DNA of 62,753 bases, filler included, from Choristocarpus tenellus KU-1152 (Eukaryota; Protista; Phaeophyceae), in NCBI GenBank assembly GCA_964200185.2. It is 10 parts of 10 records of this genome, joined end to end, with 100 filler letters (N's around TTAATTAATTAA, not from the genome) between each part and the next. Parts side by side here need not be neighbours in the genome. Positions count along the whole stretch, not along the records: positions 17,695 to 27,206 come from CAXNAD020003617.1; positions 27,307 to 30,489 come from CAXNAD020021711.1; positions 30,590 to 33,174 come from CAXNAD020026536.1; positions 33,275 to 38,673 come from CAXNAD020010915.1; 6 more parts are not named here. The stretch is one strand, 5' to 3'. Below, piece after piece: positions 25,709-37,987 of this stretch. Both the position numbers and the translations under genes were made by a program. The notes below the pieces were generated by a model. It made no database searches, had not been told where the DNA came from, and saw only the letters and a program-made list of their open reading frames with translations. Position 1 is the first letter of the stretch, and every line of letters starts with the position of its first letter.

Positions 25709-27164
25709 AATAACTCCTTCACCAGAGAGATCCTCGAACAACAAACCGAATAAGAGAATTCCATCCTCCAGAAACTTACCGCCTTTATCCTATACCAACT
25801 GACCCAACGTTGAGAATGTAGAGTCACCCCATGTTCAATGTTTAGAATGATTATGAAGCAAACCATAGTCAGGCGATATGAGATCAACATATTGTTTCAA
25901 GTAGTAATTTCCAGTAAGGTGCACCAGCCAGAAAAATATATGTATGTCTGCAAAATCCATTCTCTATCATCAGCTCTTCAAATTTGTTTGTTGTGTGACT
26001 GAGCAGCAGCAAGAAGTTAAGGTTGGTTTTAAACCACATGGGAACAAGCAAAGTATTTGACTATCACCAAAAAAACAAATATGACCATACTGATGGATAT
26101 ATTGAAGATTGAGATGGATTCTTGCTACAATTCATACTCTGCAGATGTTCAAGACATCTGACTTGACGCTCAGCTGAGAGCTCAGGTATTCAGCAGTAAT
26201 ATGGAGCAAAAAATCTCACAAGCACAGCAAAATCAACACTCAGCAGGTCACTTACACTTAGAAAGAAATAGTCGATATGAGACTCTGATAAACTGCTCGA
26301 AACAGATATATATATGTATATATCTAAATGTAATTTCTTCTGTACCTTGAAAAGAAATGCTGTCAATGCCAGGACTTGACATGGGATAGCTGCCAACTTG
26401 GTCTGAGGCATGGCAGTACAAGAAGAAACCCTAACTCTAAGAATGAAGGAATGGAATGGGGAACCCTTCCAGCATCAAAGACATTCCACCAAGCACCTAT
26501 CAACATTTGGCAGCAAAGAACAATTTCCCGTTTAGTTGGACGGCCACAAACCTCTATCCCCACCTTCCAACATACGTTAGATAAATACCTGCCATCGCCA
26601 CACCTCATCTCCATCCTTGTCCAGCTTCACTGCGACAAAATCTTGTTGTCCAAGGATTGTGTCAATACCCCAGGCTGACTTTGTATATCCAGGCATAATA
26701 ATGGAATTACTTGTTGATACAGCAATACTATGCATAACATCAGTGCCAGTAGTGCCAGCCTGTTAGAAGCAAAAGATAGACAAAAATCTGTTTGGGCAGA
26801 TGCAGGTTTTCAAACCATCACACTCTGTTGGAAAAAGAGATAATACTATTTCTCGTAGAGGAGGGGGAAAAACCTCTGCACTGATGACAGAGAGGAATCG
26901 ATCCATTTGTGGGTACCAATATCTCCTCAGAATTTCACTAGTTTGCTGCAGAATGGTTCAGTAGGCGTTACCTGCCAAACCCAAAGTTGCTCTGCCATCC
27001 TGTCACCTGTGAATGGGCATCTCAGATAATTAGTCCTGAAGAGGTATGTCAGCTTAGGAGGTAGGTATGACTGCATTGATGAAGATCAAGTGAAGTATTG
27101 CATCATCCACGATCACATTATTAATACCTTTGTCAATCACTAGCTCTAGGGTACACCTACTGAA

Positions 27165-27333
27165 GACCCAAAGTATCTCGGGGAGGGGGGGGGTCTACAC
27201 CAGGGTNNNNNNNNNNNNNNNNNNNNNNNNNNNNNNNNNNNNNNNNNNNNTTAATTAATTAANNNNNNNNNNNNNNNNNNNNNNNNNNNNNNNNNNNNNN
27301 NNNNNNCCCCCACCCTCCCAGATACTTTGGGTC
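27165..27333. mobile_element. MITE family A termini either side of a linker
   Basis: GACCCAAAGTATCT and CCAGATACTTTGGGTC flank the gap. Confidence 0.7.
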
Positions 27334-27439
27334 TGACACAAATGCAAGTCAAGTGTAAGAGGCAGGGGGAGATTTCGTGGATAGTGCTACTGATAAACTA
27401 TAGACACCACTAGTGGAGTAGACACTAGGATGGAGAGCC

Positions 27440-27970
27440 AGTGATGGATATACCGTATATATCGACTCAGGTGTCCAGTGATTTGTGTTATGTTCTAAAT
27501 ATGCTGATCATACTGAAGACAAGTAAGTGATTTATATAAAGTTAGTGTGGGTGATTGCAAACCCCATGCTATAGGGATAGTAATGGAGTGGAGCAAATAC
27601 GAGTTTATGCTACTCGGAAGGACCGCCCTATCCATACAAGGTACCAAGACTTTGGCGAGGGAGGAGTTACAAAGAATTCTGAAGAAGACTGTGGATGTGA
27701 CGGAGGTTTCGGAGCAATTGACACAAACTGGCAGCATTTGACGTCAAGGGGTTATTGCCAAAGGGGAAATGGGAAGAACCATGAGAAAGGCACTCTATGA
27801 AATGCCTGATAACGTCAACTGCTTTGTAGGTGCGGCAGGAGAGATATGTCGATATGGTGAGGCGAAGAAGGTGGGTGAAAGGAGAACGACTGGTGTGGTA
27901 GAGGAGCTCAAGCAAGCTAAGAGAAAGGTACATATGATTTATGGTTCCAACAAGCACGTGCTAATTGAGT
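27440..27970 (+). pseudogene. Possible decayed Copia-like pol fragment (protease to integrase N-terminus)
   Basis: YIDSG (DSG protease-like) followed across frameshifts by a Cys-containing segment and KVH. Heavily degenerate. Confidence 0.25.
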
Positions 27971-28549
27971 AACCCAGCATTCTTGACCTTCTTTTTCGTG
28001 CGGTACACAAGGACTTGAGGATCTGGATAGACGAACTGACAAGTAAAGCAGAAGAATTGGCCCTCAAGTTTGATGCTCCCTGTAATGAAGCTGATGTCCC
28101 CAATACTTCTGTGTATTAAATGACTGAATTCATTTCTCAGTGGGTGGACAGGTTCTAGATGAAGTAAGGAAGGAGAAAGGTAGAGCGAGCTCTCCATTCC
28201 AAAGGGGGGGGGGGTCCATATTACCAAATCAATCCTATTCTGTCCATCACTAATTAAACTAATCACAGAATACTTGCTACAATGTTTCCTATTCCTGAAC
28301 TCCCCCATATTCTAGGTCATTAACCCATACCTAGCTTCTGTTCTTGATAACACAACTATAGTCTCTTCCATCATTATATATTACTTACAGAATCTACTTT
28401 TACACACGAATAAAGAGCATATTCTTGATACACCCCTGGCCCCAGATGTCGTGTTACCCCTGCCACCCCCCGTGACACTGTTTACGACACTGGACATTAC
28501 AGTGAGTTGGGTATGGAATATGATACTCTCGTTGTACGCTGAAGAATCC

Positions 28550-30240
28550 TAGTCACGGTCGTTCAAGACGACAAATACCTGGGGGGGAAGATTGGTTGTC
28601 AAACACCCAGACGGGAGACAGGGGAAAGGGGTGGAACCAGGGGGAGGCAAGGGTATACCAACCATGCCATTTCTTCATACCTGGCCAAGTTTGTACCTTC
28701 GTAAAGCGCACCAGGTTCTTCCCGTCCAACCAGTTCAAGGAGGGAGAGGGAGGTAGAAAACCAACAAAGGATAGGGAGGGACCAAAAAATGGGCGCGGGG
28801 TCAAGAGAAAACCCGCCAGAAAGATATCTGAGGACACAGCTTCATCTCCGACCACAAGCTTTCTGAATCCGCCCTACCCCATCACAACGTCTTGTTAGCA
28901 GAGTCACCAAGCCCAGGGACACTCCACTGGTCTATCACAGGTAGAGCAGGAGGTGAAGAGGTAGACCTAGCAAGTATAGAAGGTTGATATGGGGCTTGAG
29001 AGAGGGTGAGGAGTGTAGGGAAGGTGACTGAGAAAACGTTCAGAGACTTTTTTTGGAGGTAGCAAAGAGGAGTAAGCGGTTGTTAGACAAGTATGAGGGG
29101 GATCTGCAGCAGTTGGTATCGTGGTTGGGGCTGAGATGGAGCCCTAGATATTTGGAGCAGTGGGGTAGGATTGGCAAACATGCTGGAGAGAAGATTAGTT
29201 TTCCACAGATGAGTAAACTGGAGCAAGTAGTAAAGAGAGGGGTACCAGTTGATGTTGGAGGGTATGGGAAGCTAGATGGTAGGTTGAAATATGGGAATCA
29301 TAGGAGTGCAGTTAACGAAGAAAGCATCCTAATGAAGAAGATGGTAATGGATGTAGCATTTGGGTAGGGCTTCGGTGATTCCCGAAGCAGCAGTGGCCAA
29401 GGTTCCAGGATTGCGATTGTCCCCAGTAGGAGCGACATAAAATTAGGATATAATCGGTTTATCCAACCAGAAAGATAATTGGGGATCTAGTGTGAATGCT
29501 GACATGGGCTTCAAGGCCTCCCCCCCTGTACATTGTGAGACATGTTGGCTGCTGTCTTCCACAGGATAATTAACTTGAGGAATAAATTTATGAGGATGAG
29601 AGTTGTGGTAAGTAAGGTTGGCGTGAAAGATTCCTTTCGTCAAGTACTAGTAGAATCGAAGCGGGTGGCTAGGTTTGGGTACTCGGTGGGGAAACTGGTT
29701 TTGGTATATTCTAGGCTACAAATTGGACTGAGGAGTAATCCAGGATGGTGGGACCTAATAGTGAGTATCCTGGCATATTCTCATTGCAATACAACTCCTG
29801 CCTCTGCTGTTGTGATCCCCAAAGCCTGGGAAATTACTGTGGGTGCGGAACATTCTGAGAGAAAGGATACAAGGGTGGTATGTGAGTTGGATGATACATG
29901 GCAGGTTTGAGAAGTGGTAGGGAGGGGAGCCAAGGACCCATTTTTGCTATAATGTGGATGGCAGCATTCTCATAGAAGCGAAATGGTTTGATGGGAGGAG
30001 ACTGCAATTGGCTACTGACTAGTTAATGTTGGACCATATCTGGTTGATAGGCTCTAGGAAAGGTGGTGAACCTCTGATTCTCTTTGTCAAGAACTTGACG
30101 GGATGGAATACTGAACAGGTGGCAGTGGAGTGGAAGATTGATACTGAGGGTACGGCGATTGCATTGCCAGAGGTTAAGTTAGCCGGATTGAAAGGGCTAC
30201 TAGGAAGGTGGCCTGGGTTGGGAGATATAGCCTGAGTGCG
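28550..30240 (+). mobile_element. Decayed DIRS/Ngaro-like retrotransposon (gag tail plus reverse transcriptase)
   Basis: KYGNHRSA, PGLRLSPVG, GVKDSFRQV, RLQIGLRSNPGWW, a degenerate VD(D) motif and GWNTEQ...W.IDT...IALPEVKL in the expected RT order. Upstream Cys-containing gag-like ORF. Many stops and frameshifts. Confidence 0.7.
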
Positions 30241-30327
30241 GGATATGTAGGTTTTGATCGGATTTTTTTTTTCACTTGTTTTTTACGTTATCTGTCTGTG
30301 CTGATTTTTCCTTTGACGGCTGGTGGA

Positions 30328-30630
30328 GGCCCAATGTATCTGAGAGGGGGGGTGGTTCTACACCAGGGTGTTCATTTGGGGCAAAATCAGGAAAAGTGCA
30401 TTTACAGTAACCAATCGAAATATGCAACCAAATCACCCAAAAATCGCGACATGAAAAAATTGACCCCAAATGGACAGCCACCACCCCCTNNNNNNNNNNN
30501 NNNNNNNNNNNNNNNNNNNNNNNNNNNNNNNNNTTAATTAATTAANNNNNNNNNNNNNNNNNNNNNNNNNNNNNNNNNNNNNNNNNNNNCACCCTCACAA
30601 ACCACCCCCCCCCCCCAGATACTTTGACCC
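30328..30630 (-). mobile_element. MITE family A copy running into a linker, plus a TIR after the linker
   Basis: Reversed family-A body 30328-30489; CCAGATACTTTGACCC at 30615-30630. Confidence 0.8.
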
Positions 30631-30832
30631 TGCTAGAGTTGGAGAAATAATAGGTGCATTGCAGTGCATCAATCTCTTTGAGCAATGGACTACACACAAC
30701 TAAGTTGAGGCATTTTTGAATGGAGATCAAATATGCGGGGCGATTTTCCGCACAAAAATCACTACAGTGGGTAAGGGTTTCTGTGGGTGTTCTATAGCCA
30801 CACCACTAGAAGGCTTAAGGTGACACAGTGAA

Positions 30833-32223
30833 TTAGGCATTGGTATATTTCTTGCTGTACAACCAGGCGAGTGCACAGCAGAGGAGAAGAGGGGACAGGA
30901 GCACCTCAGACGAGATCACTTCGAGTTCGCCCTCAAGAGACTTCCTAGCCTTGATGGTGGGCAAGTTACTAGCAGCTGCAGCGGCTGCTGCAGCAGCGGC
31001 TGCATCTGCACTAGAGGTGACGGCAGCGGTGGTTGTGTCAGCATTTATGTCCCTCATCTGCTTCAGCATGTTGAGACTGCTGAAGTAGCCGAGGGACATG
31101 GACATGAATTGGAATTTCATGAGCTCTTCAGTTTGGGAGTACATGGCTGAAGTCCTCTGCTCGTGCTCCTTGGCTCGCTGTGCAGTGGCGGTTGATGCTG
31201 CTGCAGTCATTGCTGTTGCCACCTGCGATTGACACAACCAGTGAGGAAATTGGAGGCTGGAGGGATGATCTCTTGGGTTAACATAGGCAAGGCCATGTCA
31301 AAGAGTTGTCTAATATTTGTTTCATCAGAAATTCTCAAACAGAAATTCATGATATACTTGATGGATTGTGGTTCTCAACATCACTGAGGTCATTTGAAGC
31401 AACTTTGCCTTTCCACTTCGCAAGTTTCGAGCTCAAGAATAATGCTTTGAAGCCATTTGAATCAAGGGTTTGCATAGATGCGAGCATTTCCCCTGCTCCT
31501 ACTCTATCTGAAGCTATATAGCTCTTTGATCCAACTTTGTACTCAGTATCATACTTTCCACGGTACCATTTCCAATAATTTCATCGCCCTCCCACTAACA
31601 AGACCTCACCTCAAGTTGCACACCCTTCTCCCGCACAGCATCGAGCTCAGTCTTTTGCTCACGTAAGAGCTCCATGAGGTTGGTCTGCATGCGCTGAAAC
31701 TCCCGAGTTTTGCGTAGTCGGGTGGCTTCAACCTCGACAATTGCTATTCCCAACCGGTCCAGTTCATGCCGCTTGTTTTCCACCTCACAACATAACTGTC
31801 GAAAATCAACCTCCAGTTCCTATACAAGGATAATTAGGGCAGGGGTGGGGACGTGGGCAACATATTGATCCACCATACTGCACTGAACAGTATGATACTA
31901 ATGCAAGGGAGTGATTGTCAATAACTCTCGTAGTGATTGATATTTTGGTCAAGCATCTGTCACTACTCTAACCCTGTAATGCCATTTTTTTCTTTCCCTT
32001 AAGTGAGTAAAGTGATTATCCTGCTTGCCTGACGCTTCTTTTCCCTCTCAGCCCGCTTGAGTTGGATCTGCATCTCCAAAGCAAAGGCATTCTCCTTGTC
32101 CACCATCGAGTTGATAGGTCTAGAATCCTCATTCGTTGTGCTCCCTGCAGGGATATCCATACTCTTGAGAGTCTGCCCATTCGAGATCACACCCTGTTGC
32201 ACTAGGTCCCTTTGGTGTGTGAG
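30833..32223 (-). CDS. Coiled-coil hypothetical protein, 3' part; exons about 32223-32029, 31819-31610, 31222-30833 (end uncertain)
   Basis: In-frame spliced product ...LKRAEREKKRQ|ELEVDFRQLCCEVENKRHELDRL...GVQLE|VATAMTAAAST...EELMKFQFMSMSLGYFSSLNMLKQMR. First donor is GC. Confidence 0.7.
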
Positions 32224-32620
32224 CTGTTTCAGTTCACCCTCAATGTGATCTGATCAGCGATATGAAGACATGTGGAAGTAGCTGTCTGAGTATTCTCGTT
32301 GCAGTTAAGAGCTTGAAATATTTTTCAAGAAGAGTTCTGTCAACATCTGCACAAAGCAAGCAAGACCGTTGTCTACATACATTATTTTTTAAGTTGGAGC
32401 CCGCAACACACCATCTGGAGGTTTAATACCCTCAACAATGACTTTATTCCCAACATTCCCCATACTCTTTATTGTATCGGTATTCGCTGAGGTCACTGAG
32501 TGATGCATCTCTCTTCTGCCTCTTTTCTCTCATGATTCGATGTGTAGTCATCAATCCCTCCTTATTCACACATTATGTACCCCTTACTGGTACCCAGTCT
32601 TCTCCAGTCAACGTGTTTTC

Positions 32621-32799
32621 GACTCAAAGTATCTGGGGGGTGGCAGCTGTCCATATGGGGCCAATTTTTTCATGTCAAGATGTTTGGGTGATTTGATGGC
32701 ATATATCGGATGGATAATGTTAAGTGCACCTTTCCTGGTTATGTCCCAAATGGACACCCTGGTGTAGACTCCCCCCCCCACCCCCAGATACTTTGGGGC
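32621..32799 (+). mobile_element. MITE family A, complete
   Basis: GACTCAAAGTATCTGG ... CCAGATACTTTGGGGC. Confidence 0.9.
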
Positions 32800-33274
32800 T
32801 TTTGTAAGTACATGACCTTTCTACAGGCTCCCTACCCTGATTGTTCTTGCTCCTCAAATTTCGCAGCCCGCTTGCTTTCATTGACTCCTCCTGGAGTCAA
32901 TTATTTTTCCTATCATAGACGAGGATGACTTGCAAAGTCTCCGAGTGTTTGTAGCAAAACTCTGCTTGCACTATTTCCTTCTACAGGAATATGTTAAGAG
33001 CTTCATGGATGAGGATCTGAACTTGAATGTATTTTTCAATCGTTACAGGGGCTACAAGAACACCTAATACAAAGAACTCCATTGGGTACTGCGGTAGATG
33101 AAATACTAGAATGTGCCAGTGTTGCGCCTGCCCTGGTTATTGCCATATCCTAAGGCCTAAAGTATCTGGGGGGGNNNNNNNNNNNNNNNNNNNNNNNNNN
33201 NNNNNNNNNNNNNNNNNNTTAATTAATTAANNNNNNNNNNNNNNNNNNNNNNNNNNNNNNNNNNNNNNNNNNNN

Positions 33275-33508
33275 AGCCGCGTCCATTTGGGGGTCAAAAT
33301 CCAATGTTGCGATTTTGATGTAATTTCGACTATCGTGTTTGTTAGCATGTGTCAATATCCATGTTCCGGACAAGTTTTCATAAAATGTACAATTTACCTG
33401 CTCCTAAACATTTTTGAGTAGGAAAAATGTCCTAAAAGAACCTATGGGAAGCCAAGCCCCAAATTGACAAACAGGGCAAAACTCGTACCCTCTAAGATAC
33501 TTTCACTC
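33275..33508. mobile_element. MITE family B (5' end in gap)
   Basis: Family-B body ending ACTCGTACCCTCTAAGATACTTTCACTC. Confidence 0.88.
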
Positions 33509-33562
33509 TAACTGTTGTTGTACAAACACGACAAATGTAATTGCGAACACAGGAGGCACACT

Positions 33563-36042
33563 CGCGGTTCTGACCCGTTGCAGAGGTTTCATTCCGACTA
33601 CCGTCGAGATCTTTGCCCTCAGCTGCCGGACGGGCCTCGCTTGTTGGTCGCCAGATGAAACCTTCTGTAGAAGTTGGGCCACCTCCTTCTTCCTCTCCTC
33701 GTAGTGGGGCTTGACCCAGGCCTCGTGCATATTGCACTTCTCAAATGCTAGCCCAGGCAGCCCGTGCATCATTCACGTATCGTCCCTAGTGCAGGGCAGT
33801 TCAGCAACAATCAATCTGTACGATGCCGAAAAAGACGCTGACAGCATATTTTTCCATTGAGGGGCGCATGGCGACGTATGGATGCGCAGGAGATACGGAA
33901 AAGGCAAAAAAAGAGAACCGTGGCAACTGGACCATTTACCAACCTTTGGAGCTCAGGTGTCCACTTCTCCTTGGGTACAATCTGCCTGGTGTGCGAGATA
34001 AGCATCTCGGATATGTGCGCGTCCGATTCGATCCCCTTGTAGTCCCTCGCCGTAGGAGCCTTCCCGTTCAACGACTTGTACCTGCAAAAAGAGAATGGCA
34101 ATGAGGATGTCAACGAGAACGATGCGCAGGTAATGATGAGCAAAGGGTCGCCACTGTAGAAAATATTCTATGGAACGATTGTCGTAGTTCAGAAAAGACA
34201 AGAACACACATATACAGGAAACACACACTGCAGGTAGTCTTTCCACAGTACTACAAATGGTTCGTCGTTCGATACAACAATGCCCGACTATGGTCTTCAT
34301 CGTAGGAGACACTTATTGAATGTTCCTGTACAAGGTGCTGCGACCGGCACACACATCGTTTACTGCTGTCTACACGATAAAACACAGTGGCGGTTTAACT
34401 TGCCTCGCAAGCAGACAGATGCATAGCCCCTGCTTGAGAGAAGTGAAGCCGGCAAACTCCTCGCGACTCACATAGCTCAGTGTGACCGCATTGTGGTCGA
34501 CCTGTGGTGATGAGGTCTCACACACTTCCTTCAGTACCTCGAAGGCCTCTGGTTGAAGGGACTTTTCGTCTTGCTGCCAGTTTCGTAGAGTTGTTTTCGG
34601 CGGGGGAGTAACACCCACCTTCGCGATGGGCAGAAAAGAAATATATCATGCACCCAGCCAGCCAGGATGAGGTATCGTTATTACCACGCCAACGGGGTAT
34701 GTATGAGTGTGGGGGGGGTGTTATTCAGTGGCCTGACCTAACGATAAAATAAACAAGAACACTTTTTATTGTTTGTGTATATACAACACAGACACAGCAT
34801 GTGGTTGCCCACGAAGGAGAGGGTTTGGTTCACAAAATGACGTATCGTGTGTTTATTAATCCAGGCAACACTGCAACGGTCCGGGTAAGGAGTGGACCTT
34901 ACCCGGGGGAGGGGGAGGGGGGAGGGGGTATGATACTCAGCGGCCTGGTCTACCTATTGCTGAAAGAAGAAACTGTTCACTTCGTCTGTGATTTTGCACA
35001 CACACATACGACATGGTCACCCGAATATCAAGCATTTGGTTGACAGGGTTGCTAAATGCGGGATAACTATCTGAACTTAGGTTGAATAGGAGGACACAGA
35101 GAGATCTTCACAACAGCTATAACCCAACAAGAGGAAGAGTAGAGCGCCACCATCCCACCAACGTTGACAACTCCCTCACCTTTTTGTACACTTTGCGGAT
35201 TTCTGCTAGTGACACTTCTTTCTTCTTTGTCAGGTGCTTGATAGCTTCTTCGAGCTCGTGCTGAAAATATACCTTATCGTACAGCGTGCGCTCAACCACA
35301 CTCTCGGTCGCGTTGTTGAATGCTATAAGCGTGGCGGTGCAGTGGGCAAACGGAGCAAGGGGTAGGTGGGAAGCGGTCGCGGGACACACGCGGCAGGCAG
35401 TAGTGAGCAACATGTTGCTGCTGACAGAAAGATCACGAGGGATAAAAAAGATCAACAACAAAAAGATCAACAACGGGCTGACTGACGATGAACCAAACAA
35501 AGGAAGCACGGCAACAACTTGGTAGATCAGAAGAGTCATCAGGCGATCATGGAACAACGACGACACTCCATCACTCACCGTTGGCAATTAGCCTCTCTTC
35601 TGCTTGGTTGAACTCCATGTAGACCCGCATCATGAAAGCGCGCTCGTGATCAAACTCTCTCTTCAACACCGTTATTCTATGGTTTCCGTCCAGTGTTCAT
35701 CCTTGAACAGCAAGCGCAGCGTCGGCGGTGAGCTGGTCCCCGATGCATAAGCTGTCTCGTTGGATGACGATGGACAGAGCAAACTGCTCGAGCCAGTCTT
35801 TTTCACGGATAGACTTGCTGACGCGCGCAAGGCCACGCTCGCTCAGGGGACGCACCATCTCCGTGCATGTGAGTTGCCGAGTTTCATCTTGTACATATGT
35901 TGCCGAGTTTCATCTTGTACATGCTGATGTAGTGATCTTCGAGGAGCGAGAACATGCCCTTGGCATTGCTGTCTGATGCTCTCGATGCTTGGGCAGCGCC
36001 ATCGGCGCGCAGGGGGGTCGTTATTAAGCGAATGTTGGACAT
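33563..36042 (-). pseudogene. Spliced ParB/Srx-superfamily protein with downstream HTH; exons 36042-35579, 35322-35180, 34618-34404, 34081-33940, 33785 to about 33563; 3' end lost at the gap
   Basis: GCCATG start. MVRPLSERGLARVSKSIREKDW (Box I-like), TLDGNHRITVLK (DGxHR nucleotide motif), RLIANAFNNATE, then LAEIRKVYKK|VGVTPPPKTTLRNW (HTH-like). Phase-consistent introns. Disabled by two TGA stops and a ~26-bp tandem duplication/frameshift at about 35873-35922. Confidence 0.72.
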
Positions 36043-36214
36043 GGCGAAGATTGGGAAGGTGTGACAGGGATAGATAAGAAAGAGCAGCTGGTGGTATGTG
36101 CGGAAGGGAAGGAATGGAAATGAGGAGTGAGGACTGGGAGGTGCTGCTTTATTTCATCTGGTCGGTCGGTGCCCAAAAAACTCAGATTTCTCTTTCCGTT
36201 GATATTGTGTTCCA

Positions 36215-36960
36215 AAAAATATGAATATCGAACAGTAAACGATTTCATATTTAAAACACATAGAGTGTATCATTTTTTTGTGACCTTTTCGTTTCGGAAC
36301 ATTTCAAACGTATTAGATCAATTAAGTATGTGGTTTGTATTTGTATTTGTTGAAATTACGGATATAATATAATTTTTAATTTCTCAAAACTGTAATGCAC
36401 GTATTTTCCGGTTCATAGGTTTCGGGTGGTCCGACGGATCGCCCGAAACTCAAAGTTCGCTTTTCGTTGACATTTGTATTTACAAAATAAAAATGTTGAA
36501 CAATATAAGATTTTGTATTTAAAACAAATAGAGGGTATCAGTTTTTTGTGACCTTTCAGTTTCGGAATATTTGAAACGTACAAGATCAATGAAGTATGTG
36601 CTTTGTATTTTCAAAAATTGAAATTACGAATATAATCGAATATTTAATTTCTAAAAACCATAATGCAGGTATTTTCCGGATCATGGATTTCAGGGTGGTC
36701 CGATGGATCGCCCGAAACTCAAACATCGTTCATACGCCCGGCTTCGAATTCAATTCTATCGTGCCCAAGACCGACTGTTGCCTGAAACCAGATTAGAATC
36801 TATTTTTTATTTCATCATAGCGAGAATAAACGCATTTTCCAGAACACGGATTTCATTTTGGTTCGACGGGTCTCTTCAAACTCAAACATCGTACGCTCGG
36901 CTTTGAATTCAATTCACTTCTAGACCTTCTCACTGTCCAAGACCGCCTGTTGCCCGAAAA
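36215..36960. repeat. Degenerate tandem array (two ~270-bp units plus a partial third) with an internal palindrome, between the divergent ParB-like and transposase genes
   Basis: Units share ATTTAAAACA.ATAGAG.GTATCA, GTGACCTTT, TTGAAATTACG, GTATTTTCCGG and GGGTGGTCCGA.GGATCGCCCGAAACTCAAA. Units 2 and 3 share GAATTCAATTC and CCAAGACCG.CTGTTGCC.GAAA. Confidence 0.85.
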
Positions 36961-36964
36961 CACC

Positions 36965-37987
36965 ATGACAGTTGCTCCCACAGCAAGGGGGTGGCTTTTG
37001 TTGCCTGCGCCGCCCCCTGTGTTGCCCCCTTATCAGCCCGCCAACAATGATGTGCTGGAGCTTTCTACCAATGACACTTCAGTGACCGGCGCCAAGCTTC
37101 GCCGAGAATGGGCTCAACCCATCCCGGTCAACAAACAGGGTGACTGCTGCAAGTGCTTAGCCTGTGTGAAGAAGTTCACACCAAATAGCAAGTCTTTCCT
37201 AGCCTGCACGTTGGCCAAAGAGCAGGACATCATTCGGGCGTGTGAGAATCACTGCGATCGCAAGCACTTCGTTGGTGACCATGTAACTGTCATTAAGTTG
37301 GGGCCTGGAGGCTGACCTATGCTCGCGGCCGGCATTCCCGTTTGCACGGAGATTTTCGAGGCATCGTTCGGAATATCCAATCATGTCATCGACGCTTGCA
37401 AAGGTACACCTAATGCAAGAGCATCCTCCGGCTTGGAGAGGTGGGTTTGATGTACGTACACAGTGTTATTTGTACCCGGCATATATTTTCGCCTGCTTGA
37501 TGATTGAACAGTAGTCCTATCTCAGAACAATGTAATCCGACCGTACTCGCCACAGTCAGTTTGCAGTTACCACGCCCAGATGTCTGATGTACAAAGTTAG
37601 AGATCCCTTCAGCGTGGATTTATGTGTTACATATATGTGTATGTATATGTGTGATATGTATATTTATGCTTCAACAATATCAGCTCATCCAACTGTCCTT
37701 GTGCTGCTGCTGCAGTTACCACGCGTAAATACCTACAGAATTAGAGATCCTCTGCCGGCCTACGATTCCTCTATGATTCCTTCCACCGTCCCTTATATCC
37801 ACCTCCAACACACCTCCCATCCATATATACATACGTGCGCTACTACAACAGGAATGACACGAACAAAGAGAAGGACATGGCTCCGAAGCGAGACCTGGTG
37901 ATGTCCTGGATAGACTACTGGGCGGATACGTACCGCCAGTTCATGCCTCACAAGTCCACAATTGTGATCTACGCCGCGAACAAAGAG
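36965..37987 (+). pseudogene. Sola2-like DNA transposase, N-terminal part; exons 36965-37440, 37852-37987; possible further exon near 38238-38303
   Basis: CCKCLACVKKF, then PVCTEIFEASFGISNHVI, then KRDLVMSWIDYWADTYRQFMPHKSTIVI. This is the CCxxxC / VCxxxFxxxxGIS / WxxxxxxxxxxMP succession seen upstream of the DDD core in Sola2 transposases. One in-frame TGA (37313-37315). No catalytic domain seen. Confidence 0.6.

Noticed and set aside
26690-27150. Retropepsin-like LLVDTA fragment
   Set aside because: A single weak motif in stop-ridden sequence.
36215-36960. Palindromic repeats as a CRISPR-like array
   Set aside because: Intervening sequences are homologous to each other rather than unique spacers.
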